DNA of 64,000 bases from Massalongia carnosa. Its lineage: Eukaryota. The notes below the pieces were generated by a model that was not told the DNA's origin, ran no database searches, and saw only the letters and a list, made by a program, of their open reading frames with translations. Below, piece by piece: positions 43,763 to 63,155 of the stretch. Made by a program: the position numbers and the translations under genes. Position 1 is the stretch's first letter; every line of letters starts with the position of its first letter. The stretch lies in NCBI GenBank assembly GCA_965645245.1, contig OZ287067.1:2852001-2916000 (forward strand), read 5' to 3'.

Positions 43763-45085
43763 TTGGTGGTTGGGAGAAAAAGTGCTCCTGTACGAATAGT
43801 GATGAATGGAAAGCGTTTGCACAAGTGCTGTTGGCGGCATCGGATTGATTCGCATTGGTTTTTTTGTTTTGGATTCAGGCCATGCATATTAGGTTTCTGA
43901 TGTATACTAACGGTGATTGGACAATTGTCTGTGACTCGGGGAACGGATCTATTCCGAGATGGGAGCGGTTACAAGGAGCACAGATCCATACCCAAGATCA
44001 CTGCTAACTCAGTGAGGCCATTAGGTACCTAATTGAAAACCTCATAAAGGCAAAGAGGAGACGTATATAGGTAGGTACACCTAGGTCTCTTAGAACTTGT
44101 TCAACTGGGGAAGGTAAGTACCTAGATAGAGGTAGACCGGGCAGTAGCCCCAATCAATTGGCCCTTAATAGGGTGCGCATGCCCCCGAGGTACCTAAGAT
44201 ACCTATCTATGCTTATAGAGGTATGCATGGGGTACCTATACATTGGTTCTGTACTTACATGGGTCAGGACCTCATAATACCCCCCCCCCATTTTCATCTC
44301 TTCTGCATGTCTTCACGACATATTCACTTCAATCACTACATCTGCTCTTTGACCCTATCATCACCTTGATGAATAATGCCTTCTGATCACAATATTTTAC
44401 CTCTCCTGTGGAATTGGAGACAATCACACCTGTTGGCCTGCATTAACTCTACTCTGCGACCACCCAACGCGCGAAAGAGGTAGAAAGAGGGCACGCCTAG
44501 CATTTCCTTAGCCCGTGTTTGAAGTTTTGATGCTTCTTGCTTTCCATATATGACCACGATGCTCTATCCGAAGCCATTGGAGGTGAATGAACTGGCTAAC
44601 ATTGAGCCGCAAATTGTAGGTCCTCCCCTTTCTTTACCCGTATCGTGTGTATCTCGGAGTTAAGGATTAGAGATTCCTCACACATGTCCCGGCAGTTGCC
44701 GTTCGCTGACGATGGCACTGTTGATCCTCCAACACATTCAGATTATTGAACACTCGCATTCGCTTCATTCACCACGCCTAGATACTCCGATGCTCTTGGA
44801 TTCAGAAACAAGGTTAACAAGCCCCGCTTTGCATGTAGTGAAAGAACACTTTTGGCTTACTGCCCGCAGCTCAACCTTTACAAGAGAGTTTGCCCCTAGA
44901 CATCACTTACACAAAAATACAATTTATTCAGATGATGAGCCGAGACTATTTCAAGATCTTAGGTAGATCCAGAATCTTTTGTGGGGAACATTTGTAACGC
45001 CGCTAAGTGCGATTGAAGCAGACAGCAAAATGACCCTGAAGCTATTCCAATCATACCCCCTGGATCCAAGCGTTTGAGAGACAGG

Positions 45086-48000
45086 ATGGGTCCAAAGGTA
45101 TGTCGTCGCCTTTTTATCTGGTCATGATCTTGTTCTAATCAGCTATAGGGCATCCCACCTGGTTTTCTTCCGCGAAATACTCTTGGGCGCAACTCAAACG
45201 GCCAAGGAATGATAGCAAGCGTCGATCATATAGGTTCAGGTATTCCCAAGCGAACGAATGAAGCCTTCTTAGAATGTGAAGCTGTTATTGGAGACAATGT
45301 CAAAGTGATAATCCCCTCGGATACAACACAAGCTGCGGAACGCCCATTAAAGCGTCCGAAACTTACTCCCCGACGCAGCTCTCTGAGTTCAACACATGTT
45401 TTTGATCTCACTTCTGGCTCATCTCTAGATTTTGATCCAGATCCTCGGACAGAGGACTACATTGTTACACGTTCTGAACAGTCACCAGGAAGAAGCCAGA
45501 GAAGGAAGAGCCATGGACCTTCAAATTACAGCCAGGCCTCGAGCACTTTTCAGAACATGGGTCTCAGAAAACGGATCTCGGAATTCTCTAATCTCGAGAA
45601 CGCAATGGATAGTAAGCAGAAACACGTGGGCAAAAGAAGAAACCGCCGGAGCAGCAATAATTTGCAAAATGATAGTTCATCTACCATGACTGGTTTGCTT
45701 GACTCGTCGGACCCTATCCAGCATAGTTCGGACCATGAACTAGAATATCAGGTGCCTAAAATTATGACTCGTTCGGTTTATAAGGGTACTGCCAGAATAC
45801 CGCCTTTGCAGGGTATCAACCATTCCAAAGCAGATGCATACCATTCCGAGGAACGCCGGGAGACCGGAGAACGATCAAGTCATTTTACGAATCCTCCCAA
45901 ATCTAAGACACCGCATGACATTCGTGGCGGTCGGGACTCAAACCACACGAAGGGGCAAGATAGGGTTAGACATCCAAATGGGAATCTAAGGAACCAATAT
46001 ATCTCAGTTGATGGCAAGCGCCTGAGCCAAGATATAAGCTCTGATGAGCTGTGTGCTGGAGGAACCGCTGCGGTGGTCAGCGCGGGCACAAGCAGGTCGC
46101 CATCGAAGGAACGGCGTTCAAACAGTCCCACGAAAATACCTTCATTTCTGAAACCTATGTCAAATTTAGGTTATACGCGAGGATTAGCACCCAGCAACAT
46201 AGCACCTTCTGTGTTCACAGCATCTCAGTCGAAGCGTTTGAGTAAGACCCCAAGTCATCGGATCACATATTCGGGAGAGAAACTGGCGTCTTGGAGCATT
46301 GGTCTTGATGCTGTAAATAAAGCGGGAGATCTCATTCAACACGATGGGCTAGGTCTAGACTTCAACGAGGATGCCCAGCGATTCGTCGTTCGTGCCTTTG
46401 GGGAAGATCTTAGTGCGGGAGATCCCAGCCTCCAAGTTCAGGTTCGAAAGCTGTTGACGGTGATCTGGTCTCAGTCAAGCAGTAAAATCCGATTTGTTTC
46501 ATCGAAATGTGGAAATCAAGATCATGTCTTGGACGTTCAATTGCGCACAGTGAAAGGTGCCTATGATCTAGTAATGTATCTCAGCGGCTTGAAACATAAA
46601 GCCAAGCTCAAGCAGTTCCCTAGGTAAGTAGCCCTCCTCTGTTGTTGTAGAGTTGGACTATTCATTTAATATTCTACACAGTGAGCATATGGATAAGATA
46701 TTCGAAAAACGCTTGTTAGAGCAGAAGCTTTTTTCAAAACCCCTAACCAAAGATGCATCTTATCAGCCTCTAGATGTTCAGCTTGCTGTGAAAAACCAAG
46801 AGCGCCGTAACACGGCTGAAAAATCCGACAAGCTTTCAGAAGAGCATAACATGAGGCGTAGGTACACCGTGAATGAATCAATTGGTCTCGAAGCAAGCAA
46901 AGGTCGTGAAACGGAAAGGCCATTTTTGCTTCCTCGCCAACGAAAAAGCTCCCAGATATTTGATAAATATTACAACGATGAACCACCTAGCATTAAATCA
47001 AACCCCTCCAAAGCATGCACTAGTGAACGAATGAACGCAGACACAATACTCCAAAAGATACATGATCAGCCTCCAAACCCGCATATGGGTAGGCCACAAA
47101 CTAGGTCGAATGCTAAGCTTCAAAGCTTAGAACACCAGTCTTCTCTTGGAGAAGCGAATCCCTCTCATTCTAGACCTTCCATCAAACAAGACATAGGACC
47201 GCAGTGGCGGAAACCATTAGTATATCCAAAAATGGGGAAAAAGAAAACCACAGTTGAATGGATAGATCTAGAGCGTTTAGAGGAGGGTGAATACCTGAAC
47301 GATAACCTCATTGGCTTCTATCTCCGTTTTCTCGAACATGAACTGGAAGCGAAATCGCCTGAGCTTGCCAAGAAGGTTTACTTCTTCAACTCCTTTTTTT
47401 TTACTAATCTTACAAGCAGTCAAGGTGGGAAGAAGGGCATAAACTATGAGGCGGTTCAGAAATGGACTCGGTCGATAGACGTCTTTTCGTATGACTACAT
47501 TGTCGTGCCGATAAATGAGTCAATTCACTGGTATGTAGCGATTATTTGTAATTTACCAGGTCTCGTTCGCACTTTGGATGAGGAGGAAACCCTAAAGGAT
47601 GAGCCTCCACAGTCACCGGAGGACGAAATGCTTCATGACGAACCCGAATTTGCCTTAGTCCAGGTTGCAGGTCGAAATTCCAGTCCAGTAGCACCCGCCC
47701 CTGTTGAAGACCTTGTACTATTGAAAGAAATTGTGCACCCCAAAGATGCGTATCCGAGCGAGTCCTTTGCCAGCTTAAGTCTAGAACCAGATCTTGAAAG
47801 ATTTTCCAAACTGGATAAAATCCAAGGTAGCCAGAAGACTGCCAACGACTTGACTTTTGATGGCGCGGATCAAGGAATGCTTGACGCTCAGATTGAGGAA
47901 AATATGGCAGATTCAAGAACCTCGGAGCCGAGAGAAGTGCCTCCGGGAGCTGCAGATAAAGAAAAGATGGGCAATGAGTCAGGGGTTATTGAAGATGGGA

Positions 48001-49139
48001 AAAGATACTCCACCGCATCCAAAAAGCGAAAACGAAAGTCAATTCCGCCTATCCAAAGGCTCAACCCCAGTGGGCCGCTAATCATTACCTTTGATTCTCT
48101 TGGCCTATCGCACTTATCTACCATTCGAATTCTTAAAGACTATCTACAGGCGGAAGGAAAAGCAAAGCGCTCGATGGAGTGGGATGCTACCCGGATTAGA
48201 GGATTAACGGCGAAGCAAATTCCGGCTCAAACAAACTATTGGGATTGTGGACTGTTCCTTCTTGGATACATTGCCAAATTCCTGACCGACCCGAAAGACT
48301 TCATCACAAAGATTATTGGTAAAGAATATGACATTGAAAGGGACTGGTCAAATCTCAAACCGAGTGATCTTCGCGATAGTATGCGTAAACAGATTCTGGA
48401 TCTTCATGCCCTGCAGCAGGACGATAGACGAGAAAGTGCCAAGAAAGCAGATAAATACCGCAGCAAGCAGCAGCAAAGTCTCGAGGGCAGTCCTTCAAAG
48501 GATGTTACACGGCATGAGATTACTCCAGCGAAACCAGAAGACTCTTTAGGGCAGCAACTGATTACCGCCGCGCAAAATACTTTAGACGACTCCCCCTCAA
48601 CAAGGAAAATGGCGTTGAAAAATGCAGTACCTATTGAATATGCCGAGGCAAAAATCTCCATGGAGGCCTATTACAAGAAACCTATTCGAATTTTTGATCC
48701 CGGTCCAGATCCTCAGCCAAATGAGCCCGCCATTGACGTTCGCCAAAGCCCGGGCCCTCAGCTACGAGACAATCCTTCTGTGGCATTTATCGACAGCCAA
48801 TCGAATGCCGCGGCCGAAAATCATAGTCAATTTCCAAGATCTAGCTCAACTCCCCCTGCAAACCCCCAGCGGGAGTTTAACGAGCTGCCCTCCGAGATCC
48901 AAGACTCGCAGCCCGGTTCCTTTCAAGAAAACTACGTATCGGAGGACGATACCGTCTATCCTAGAACACCGCCTCGACACACGCTAGCGATGCCCACAGG
49001 GCCTAAGGAACCATCGTCCTCGGTGCGTTCCGGTGTCCCGACACCTTGCGGACGAGACCTTGACGATCGGGTGGCTTGGAATCGACCTAGGCGGACACCT
49101 AAGCGAATGGCATCGCCTGAAATTGTGGAAATTGATTGA
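45086..49139 (+). CDS. ULP2: Ulp1-family (peptidase C48) SUMO protease, Ulp2/UlpB-like; 3 exons
   Basis: DLERLEEGEYLNDNLIGFYL, FFNSFFF, YIVVPINESIHWY (His), TFDSL (Asp), QTNYWDCG (Cys). MGPK micro-exon 45086-45097 splices in frame via intron 45098-45148; second intron 46624-46681. Confidence 0.88.
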
Positions 49140-50437
49140 ATAATTTCGCCTCCTGCAATTTCCAGCTATAACTTTCGCTGTCGTCCACAGGGGAGAAACC
49201 GAAAAATGAGGGCGTCTACCGGGCGGAAAATCGGGCGTTTGCTTGAACACTATGCACCGATCGACCTGAGCACAAAATTACGGATTCAAGGGACCAGGGG
49301 AGGATGACGGTATTTCGCATTCGGCAGGTAAAGGCTCTCTTCTTTTGGATTTTGCTGATGGGGCTTTTAAAGACTGGCTAGATTTACCAGAAATATAAAT
49401 AGCTAGCTAGCAACGACCACAAAGATTATTGATACGCAGAAAACACCAGATGATGGCTGGAGTTTGATTTTGTGCTTGTGATGTGATTTAAATGCCTGCC
49501 ATTCATCCATTCGTTTTAATGGTTCCTCCATTCCCCCTTTCTCTAATATCATAATACTTAAACCATCGCCGCTCCCTCCCTTTCTCTCTCTCAGTAAACC
49601 TCTCCGCCGATCTAAGAAACCTAGCTACTTACTATATCTATGTACTTACTATGTAAACCAACCAATCAATCAATCCGTCAAAAAGGTAGGTAATTCGGTC
49701 AGTCGATCGATTCGGTAGATACCCAGGTAAGGTCAAAATAACGTAAAGTAGTTCGCATGGCAGTCGAAGGGGTTCAGCCTGGCCTACACTACGCTACACT
49801 ACATACATTCCAATCCACTCCACTACTTACATACCTGGCTACTTTTCCGGGCAATTTTCAAACCCCTCCCCCCCCCAAACAAAGCAACGGTCGATGCGGA
49901 TGTGGAAGCGGAAATGAAAATGGAAAAACAGGAAGGGTAGGGTAGGATAGGGTAGGGTAAGGTATAGCTTATAAGGAAAGGAAGGAAACGATAAGGCTGT
50001 AACAATCGGAGGGAAAGAAGGAAGAATACTGTTGAAATAGGTATATGACTATGGCTATATGGCTATGTAATAATAAAGGTATGTATGACCGTGATGTTAA
50101 GGATGAAGAGTTGCTAGGCAGCAATCTTTTCCTATTACTGGTCACCCCTTCTAAGCGAGGTGATCTTATCTTATCTTGGGACTAAGCCTAATGCGGCATC
50201 TACGGTTTCCGTAGATGATCTGTCCATCTAGGGCAGCCGTAGGTGCTATGTTCATTGTACTGATAGGTGTTCATTGTAGGAATTGGTTATTCAACAAATA
50301 CTGATGCCATGAAAAGAGTTTGTATATAAAAATCCCTGCTTAAACCTTATCTCTGCTCTTCCCTCTTTCCCTTCTTTCCCTCACCTCCTACCCCCAAAAT
50401 TCCCATTCTCATTCACATTCTCTATTCCTCCAACCTC

Positions 50438-53400
50438 CTAAATCTCGATTCCCCACCCCCTTGCCACCCCAACTCCCGGGTCCCTCACGACCGCCCACGC
50501 CGCCCTCCCCTCGCTCGCGGCTTCATATCTGAACCTCACTTTCCGCTCGCCCTTCCCGTCTTCTGTAACGCGCACCTCCGACTTCCATTCCCAAGCCGGC
50601 GGCGCGTTTACGAGGATGATCCTCTCCACGCGCACGCTTTCCATGCGTTGGTGGTAGGACTTTGAAGCCTTGGCGTTGGAGGGGGAGAGCGGCGTGGACG
50701 TAAGCGTGGATGTGGGAGGGGACGATGAGGAGTCAAAGATGAATTTTCGATGGATGAAGGCTCCGTCTTGGTACTCAAACGATTCGCCGTCGTCAAGATA
50801 GAGGGTCCCCTCTGCTTTTCCGTTCGTGCCGATCACTACCACAAGCGTGAATGGATCCCAGCGCATAAGGCCGCTGCTTCGTCGTGGGCGATCGCGGCGA
50901 GGGATGATGTGGCCGGCGCGCATGAAGAGGGGGATTTTATCCAACGGGGCGGAGATAGAGACCGCCTTACCTGCGCCGGCGTAGACGGTATAGTCGAAAT
51001 AGTCAAAATAGGTTTCGCCCGCGGGAAAGTACACTTCGACGACTTCGGCGGCCTCAGTGACAACTGGTTTGGCGAGCAGGCCCGTGCTGCCAATATAGAA
51101 CTGATCATCGATTGCGAAGGCAGACTCATCGCTTGGGTGAACATAGTAATGCGGGCGAAGGATGGGGACACCGGAGACGGAGGCTTCGTGGAAGGCCGTG
51201 TACCAGGATGGGAGAAGCTGGTACCGGAGCCGCAATGCCTGTGCGATAATACCAGTGTATGGTTCACCTGCAAGGTAAGGTTCGCGGCGACGGGTGTCGA
51301 TGTGTGCGTGGCCGCGCATGAAAGGGTAGAAGACTCCGGCCTGGAACCAGCGGGTGAGGAGTTCTTTGCTAGGGTTGCCGAAAAAGCCACCGACGTCGGC
51401 GCCTGCAAACGGGAAGCCGGCGATATTGCTGGAGAGAATCATGGGAATAGCCGCCGCGAGATGGGACCAAACGGCTTGGTTATCTCCCGTCCACATAGCG
51501 CCCATGCGTTGAGAGCCGACAAAGAAGGAGCGAGTAAGGACGAAGGGGCGGCGCGGCGATTTCGGATCCCGGTGGAGGAGCGCGGTGTAGGTGGCGTTGA
51601 CAAAGGTAAGGCCGTTAAGATTGTGGAGATCGCGATGCTCCCAATTTTCATGATGGAGATTGTCTTTTGGCATGGTGGTTTCGGGACCATTGAAGACCGA
51701 AGGTTCGTTCATATCGTTCCAAATAAAGGTATTCGAGGTCGTACCAGTGAAAGAAGAGTAGGCGAAAAGGCTAGTCCACCATTTGATGGCGGCGGGATTG
51801 AAGCAGTCAATCCAATGGGATGATCCCGGCCAGCACCAGCCCTCGTAGATATTGTTATCTTTGTTTTTCACGGCCAGAGACTTCGACTTCAGTTCATCTA
51901 CGACATGGTATCCAGCTTCATTCTTTATATGAGGGTCGATGATAGTCACTAATTTTCTCTCATGCTTGTCCAGCTGCTTCTGCATACTGATTGGATCCGG
52001 AAAATTATGCGAGTCCCAGGTGAAGTACTTTTTACCATCAGTATATTCAATGTCAAGCCAAATGACATCGTAAGGGATATAGTGCTTGTCGAATTTCCTA
52101 TCCACATCCTTGACATCCTCATCGGTAACATAATTCCATCTACATTGGTGATATGCTATCGCAAACTGCTGGGGAAGGGCTGTATAGCCGGTGAGATCGC
52201 TGTAAGAACGGATGACATCTTTCGATGAAGGACCAAGGAACACAAAGATATCCAAGAGCCCACTTTCGGAGAACCAATGAGTCTGAGTATCCGTCTTGGC
52301 TCCAATACCCAGACTTAATGGGTTCGACGATGTCTTCGCTTTGACGATGTCTACCCACGTCTCTGCAGCATTGAGCCACAAAACCCCAACGGTAGAATCT
52401 TTCTTATGGGCTTGCATGAAAGGAATTGCACCATATAATGTCATCGGGCTGTCCAGCTCGTACTCAAACACATCGCTATTGTACAATCGATAGGGCTGAT
52501 CATAATTGCCAGAGCCACCACTGCCACGAGGTCAGCTAATGTGGTACAGAGAAGGTTTACCAGTTTCATTCAATATACATACCGTGTTTCCTTCAACGAC
52601 AGCGAACTTGCATGTCCGGGAATGCCAAAAACATGTTCGTAGCCAGGGAACGTGATATCAAGCCCTACGCTCTCAGGACCTTTGGGTTTTGAGTCGGTGT
52701 TGCCCCCAAATGACTCATCCCACCAAGTACTTTCATCTTGGACATTGTCGGAATCCAGTTCTTCCCCCTCTTTGACCTCTTTTTCCACCTTGGGCCTCCA
52801 GTGCTCCATGTTTAGGAAGCCTTTGCCATTCAGTTTAACATGTGTTTGGCCATCCCGAATGAAGTTAATGGCAAATGGGGAGTGTTGTATATGGGCTTTG
52901 TATTGGTTATTCGGACCGTAGGAGACTGTGGTCTCCTCCTTCCCAATGGTCCCAGCAGCATTATTATTCGTCTGCAATCCACCAACAATAGCCCATTTTG
53001 AAACCTCGTTATATCGCTCCTTTCGAGCCTGGCTTTCATGGCGAAGCTGAATGTTTCCCTTTTGCCGCTTTTCTTCATCCACAACCACCCTGACTACTCC
53101 AGATTCCAGAAAGCTGATCGAAAGAGGGAGCTGTACAGGCTCTAGACCCTCTCCTATGTCTTTCATCACTATTCCTTGTAGTCGGCCAGCCTTTAGTGAT
53201 ATAGTCTTTGATTCTAGGTGATATGGCGAGGCCCATGATGAGCCCCCGGTAATTGCCCCATCGGCAAAGGCCCGGTTTCTCTTGCAAAAGCCCGACTGGT
53301 CGCAAGTTTTGAAGTTCTCATGCTTGACACCAGCTGAAGGTTTCACCCGTTAGCGGTGTCATATCACCAGAACCTATAAGAAGCCCTTACCGGCTAATTG

Positions 53401-53463
53401 GAAGAAACTAAGAAGCAGGATGAATAGAGAAAGCCATGAAGCTCCTTTCAAAAATGGGAACAT
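50438..53463 (-). CDS. GLS2: ER glucosidase II alpha subunit (GH31); 3 exons, signal peptide
   Basis: MFPFLKGASWLSLFILLLSFFQLA|AGVKHENFKTCDQSGFCKRNR, YHQCRWNY, DVIWLDIE, WNDMNEPSVF (nucleophile), WTGDN, GADVGGF, RGHAHIDTRRREP. Confidence 0.96.
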
Positions 53464-53916
53464 GATTCATCAATCTAACACTGTCATCGGGTTTTTCGTC
53501 AAGAAACGGAAGAAACGACCCTCCTTCAAGCAGCTTTTATACTTGATACCATCTAATATACAGAGTACATTACAATGATACAGAGTTCGAAGTAGTGTGT
53601 ATTCTATACTCGCTACTCCGACTAATGAAACCGTTGCGAACCGGAGCTTGTACCAAGCAGCACTAGCGTCAGACTTTGATCCCCGGCATCGCATCGTCCC
53701 GAATGCCTTGCGGTCCCTTATCTAGTTAGCCCTATCCCCTGCTTTGGCCAACCGAGCCCTTAAAAGCCCCTGCCCCACTTTGATATATCGAAAACAAATC
53801 TTTAACAATCCTCCCTTCCCCTTTCTCTGTCCATACCTGCTACCATCCAAAGCATTGGCGTCTTTTCACTCATCGTTGCAATTATAGGAAAGAAACACCC
53901 TCAATCTAACCTCATC

Positions 53917-54974
53917 ATGTCAAACGAACAGACGTAAGGCTCAACCTCCATATCAGAACGAAAGAGCCCAGCTGGAACCAGAAAAGCTAACCTTCAACGA
54001 CAAAAAGTTTCATTGCCATCAAACCAGATGGCGTCCAGGTGCCTGTCCCTCATAACCCTAATCCCCCAATCCCCCAATACCTCCCAATCATCCCCCTCTC
54101 CCGTTCCTTCGAAAATATCAACTCCGCTCTAATCTCCCCTCCAGCGCGGCCTCGTGGGCGACATCATCTCCCGCTTCGAAAAGCGCGGGTAAGCCCGCCT
54201 CCCCCTCTCCATCCGCACAATCTCCTCCAAAGCGAGCAAAACCAACTCCCACCGTTCCCCGTATCAGATATAAGCTTGCTGCCATCAAGCTCGTCACGCC
54301 GTCTAAAGAACACTTGGAGAAGCACTACGAGGATCTCTCGGAAAAGCCATTTTTCAAGGGATTGGTGACTTGTACGTCTTGTGTCCCCTTTTGTCCTTTT
54401 TGAATCGCCCCCCGATTGATCACTTGGCAATACAAGGAAAATGCCTGAAGAATCCCCCTCCAGAAGAAAAGCTAACTTTGATGATTTTCCAGATATGCTC
54501 AGTGGCCCCATCTGCGCCATGGTCTGGGAGGGTCGTGATGCCGTCAAGACGGGCCGAAGTATATACTTCCATTCCCCTCTATTCCACCTTGGCTTTCTTA
54601 CGAACTTCGGCTGATCCCGCTCCTTCTTCACCCTTACTCGCAGCTCTCCTCGGCGCAACAAACCCTTTGCAATCCGCCCCTGGTACCATCCGCGGCGACT
54701 ACGCAATCGTAACTCTTCCCATTCCCTCTCTTTTCTCTTCTTTCCCCTCATTTTACTCCATCGCATTTTAAATCCCCCTATCTAAGGTCAAGTCAACAAA
54801 AAAAACTAACCCCTATCCCCTTCGTGTGTCCAAAAACAGGATGTCGGCCGTAACGTCTGCCACGGCTCCGACAGCGTCGACAACGCCAAGAAGGAGATTG
54901 CGTTGTGGTTCAAGACCGAGGAAGTGATCGGATACAAGCAATCGCAATTCGATTGGATTTACGAGAAGCCGTAG
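53917..54974 (+). CDS. NDK1: Nucleoside diphosphate kinase; 7 exons (not visible as a single ORF)
   Basis: Spliced: [38 protein letters not shown]...[60 protein letters not shown]...WIYEKP*. Six GT-AG introns. Confidence 0.96.
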
Positions 54975-55300
54975 GTAGGCGGTGGATTGGCCGCTGGGTT
55001 TGGGAGATATCGAAAAGAAATATCCAGCCAAGCGGGGGAGGGAGGGATTTAGGTGTTTCCACTAGCTACATGCTCAAGGCGAACAAACGCCTTTCCTTAT
55101 GATGGGCATAAGAGTGAATCTGCTTCAAAACCTCGATTCTATCCACCTCTCTCACCTTCCGCTCCCTTATCAAGATCGGCACCAATTTCCCCCGGTAAAC
55201 CCCTTCAGTACCGACTACTCCCTAAAAGTACAGCACACTCCTCGTTCACTTCCCCCTATCGTGCTCTCATTCCCACCCTTCTCGCCACAAACCTTCATCT

Positions 55301-55345
55301 CATGCTCATGCTCATGCTCATGCTCATGCTCATGCTCATGCTCAT
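55301..55345. repeat. (CATGCT)7 microsatellite between the convergent NDK and KDM5 3' ends
   Basis: Read directly. Confidence 0.9.
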
Positions 55346-55883
55346 CACCGTCCCCGCCAGCCGATCCATAGAAGAAAAAGCGCCCATTCACCCTTCCGGC
55401 AAACACCCAAATGTGAAAAGCAAATCAGCAAAAAGCCCCAAGTTTAAAACTCGTTCCTCACGGATAATGTACAACCTGATACAATAAGATACACGAAAGG
55501 AAAGAAAAAGCCCAGATTTTGCCCCCCATTTGATATCTTCGCTTCATGCAAGGAAAAGAAAAAACTAATAAGTGAGAATATTTCGAAAGGTGGAAAAAGC
55601 TCGCTGGAAAGGCTTTTGGGTCGTGAAGGTCGCACTGGTTATGTGGGCAATATGCTGATGCTGATGATGAGGTTTTTGATGCTGATTGAAAAATGCACGA
55701 ACATGATGCTAGTGGATGGAAATTAGTCTCCACAGGATGGAGATGAATGAGGAACAGACGTAAAGAGAAGTGGTTCATCTCCGCATCGTGATGTAAAATG
55801 GCAACCAAGATCTAGCCGGTTCAGGTAGATTGCTTCATGGGCACATCTTCAAGAGTGGCTGTACTCTTTGCTCAGTTTTGGGC

Positions 55884-61489
<5,606 letters not shown>

Positions 61490-63155
61490 TTACATCCAAT
61501 CCGCCGAGGGAAGGTGATGGTGAAAACAATAACTACTATCAGAGTTGCCCAGCAGGGCCTATAAGGCTAAAGTTGAAGGCGGCCCAGACCGGGGAAGAAG
61601 TTGGTGGGGAGCAAATAAACGGGGCCGTTAAGTGGAACGAGAGAGTGTTGGGAGGATAGACATTGTGTTGAAGGAATGGATTGAATACACAATGTCTCAT
61701 AGTCAATGATGGTTTTTTTTTTTGGCTGTAGGTGTGAAGAGTAGAATTGTATTTATCTCTTGGCTTCACATGCAGTGAATGGGGCAATAATGCGAGGGGA
61801 ACACCGAACAATAATAAGACGAACAAGGGAAGTATGAGGGTAGGGAAAGAGCAAGGATTACAGGGTAGAGGGTACCTAGCGTATGGAACAGCTAACAAGG
61901 TCGGTTTGGTTCTCTGGGATAGGACTAGTGGCATTAAGGTTCTCTGTACTGAATACGGAGGTATCACGAACGATTGGGTCGGTAAAGGTCGGTAAGGGAA
62001 GAGAACTGAGCGGTATGATGGTACAATACTCTGTTGGTTATTTATCCTCGAGTGCGGAGGTAGCGTTGTATTTAACATCGACAATGGAGTAGTTATATCC
62101 ATACGGAGTACTCTGTAGTCTATACTAATCCTAATGCTCTTCCGCTAGAAATACCGAGGAGAGGGAAGGAACCCGATGACAGACGCTTAAAGACCTAGAT
62201 CTCTTTGATCAAGTGTTCTATTCTGTACAGAATATGGATAGTTATCTACTTATATACGAGCAATCAGGACAGAGAACTGAACTCCAGAGGTAATAATCGA
62301 CCACCTACTCTTACAATGTGCGGAGTGGTACACCTACGAGACCAGGAGAAGAAGAAAATCGAGGCAACAAAAAGAGCGCTCGATCCGGCGACAGCCTGGA
62401 ACTCCCTCGCTAAGCGGGCCACGGTAAGGTAAGATAAGATAGGTGCCTCGGTACCCTGTACATTTATAAGTACGGAGTACTCTGTACTCTGTACTCCGTA
62501 CATCAAAGCCGATTACGCCCAGTAAGCAAGCCTTCACAGTGCCTTCAATAGGTAAGAGTACATAAGAAATACCGAGTATTCTGTACTCGTGTTGCCTAGA
62601 GATTCGTCTGTTTCCTCTTTAGGTTAGCAAAGAGCAAGGGATATGACCAATAGAATTGCTTCATTTGAACCCGCAATGCCTTTTACCTTTCTGAATGTTC
62701 AAATCACAGCGAAACTATCCTCATCATAGCTATCTCACATCTAATTTGGTGTGATACTAACGCGGATAGGAAACGAACAAATTTCTGGGCGACACTAGTA
62801 TAGAGTATCAACCTCGATAGCTGACGCAATGCGGCTGGATCTCTCTGCCTTGGCGAACATATACATGGAGAACAAGACGTATCGCGAGTACCCCACCCAT
62901 ATCCTGACAGTACTCTGGAAAGGAGTGGTTACACTCGTTTATCTGTACTCGGTATCGAAGGGGAAACGTGTACTGAGTCATCCCCTTTACTCGTAGACAG
63001 AGTGCTCTATACGGTACTCTAACTATACGGTACTCTGTACGGTACTCTGTACAACGTACATACCTTAATTACTTGCATCAACATACTTTGGCGAGTTCCA
63101 AGCAATGTAAGTCTGTCGACAAGCTAAATCGCGATCCTTAACTGCACAACATATC

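Noticed and set aside
50750..51823. 357-aa plus-strand ORF
   Set aside because: Antisense shadow of the GC-rich glucosidase II exon; no motifs.
54164..54771. 200-aa minus and 133-aa plus ORFs
   Set aside because: Overlap the 7-exon NDK gene; explained by its exons and pyrimidine-rich introns.
61539..62102. 187-aa minus-strand ORF upstream of KDM5
   Set aside because: Low-complexity pyrimidine-rich leader/promoter sequence with no domain; at most a uORF.
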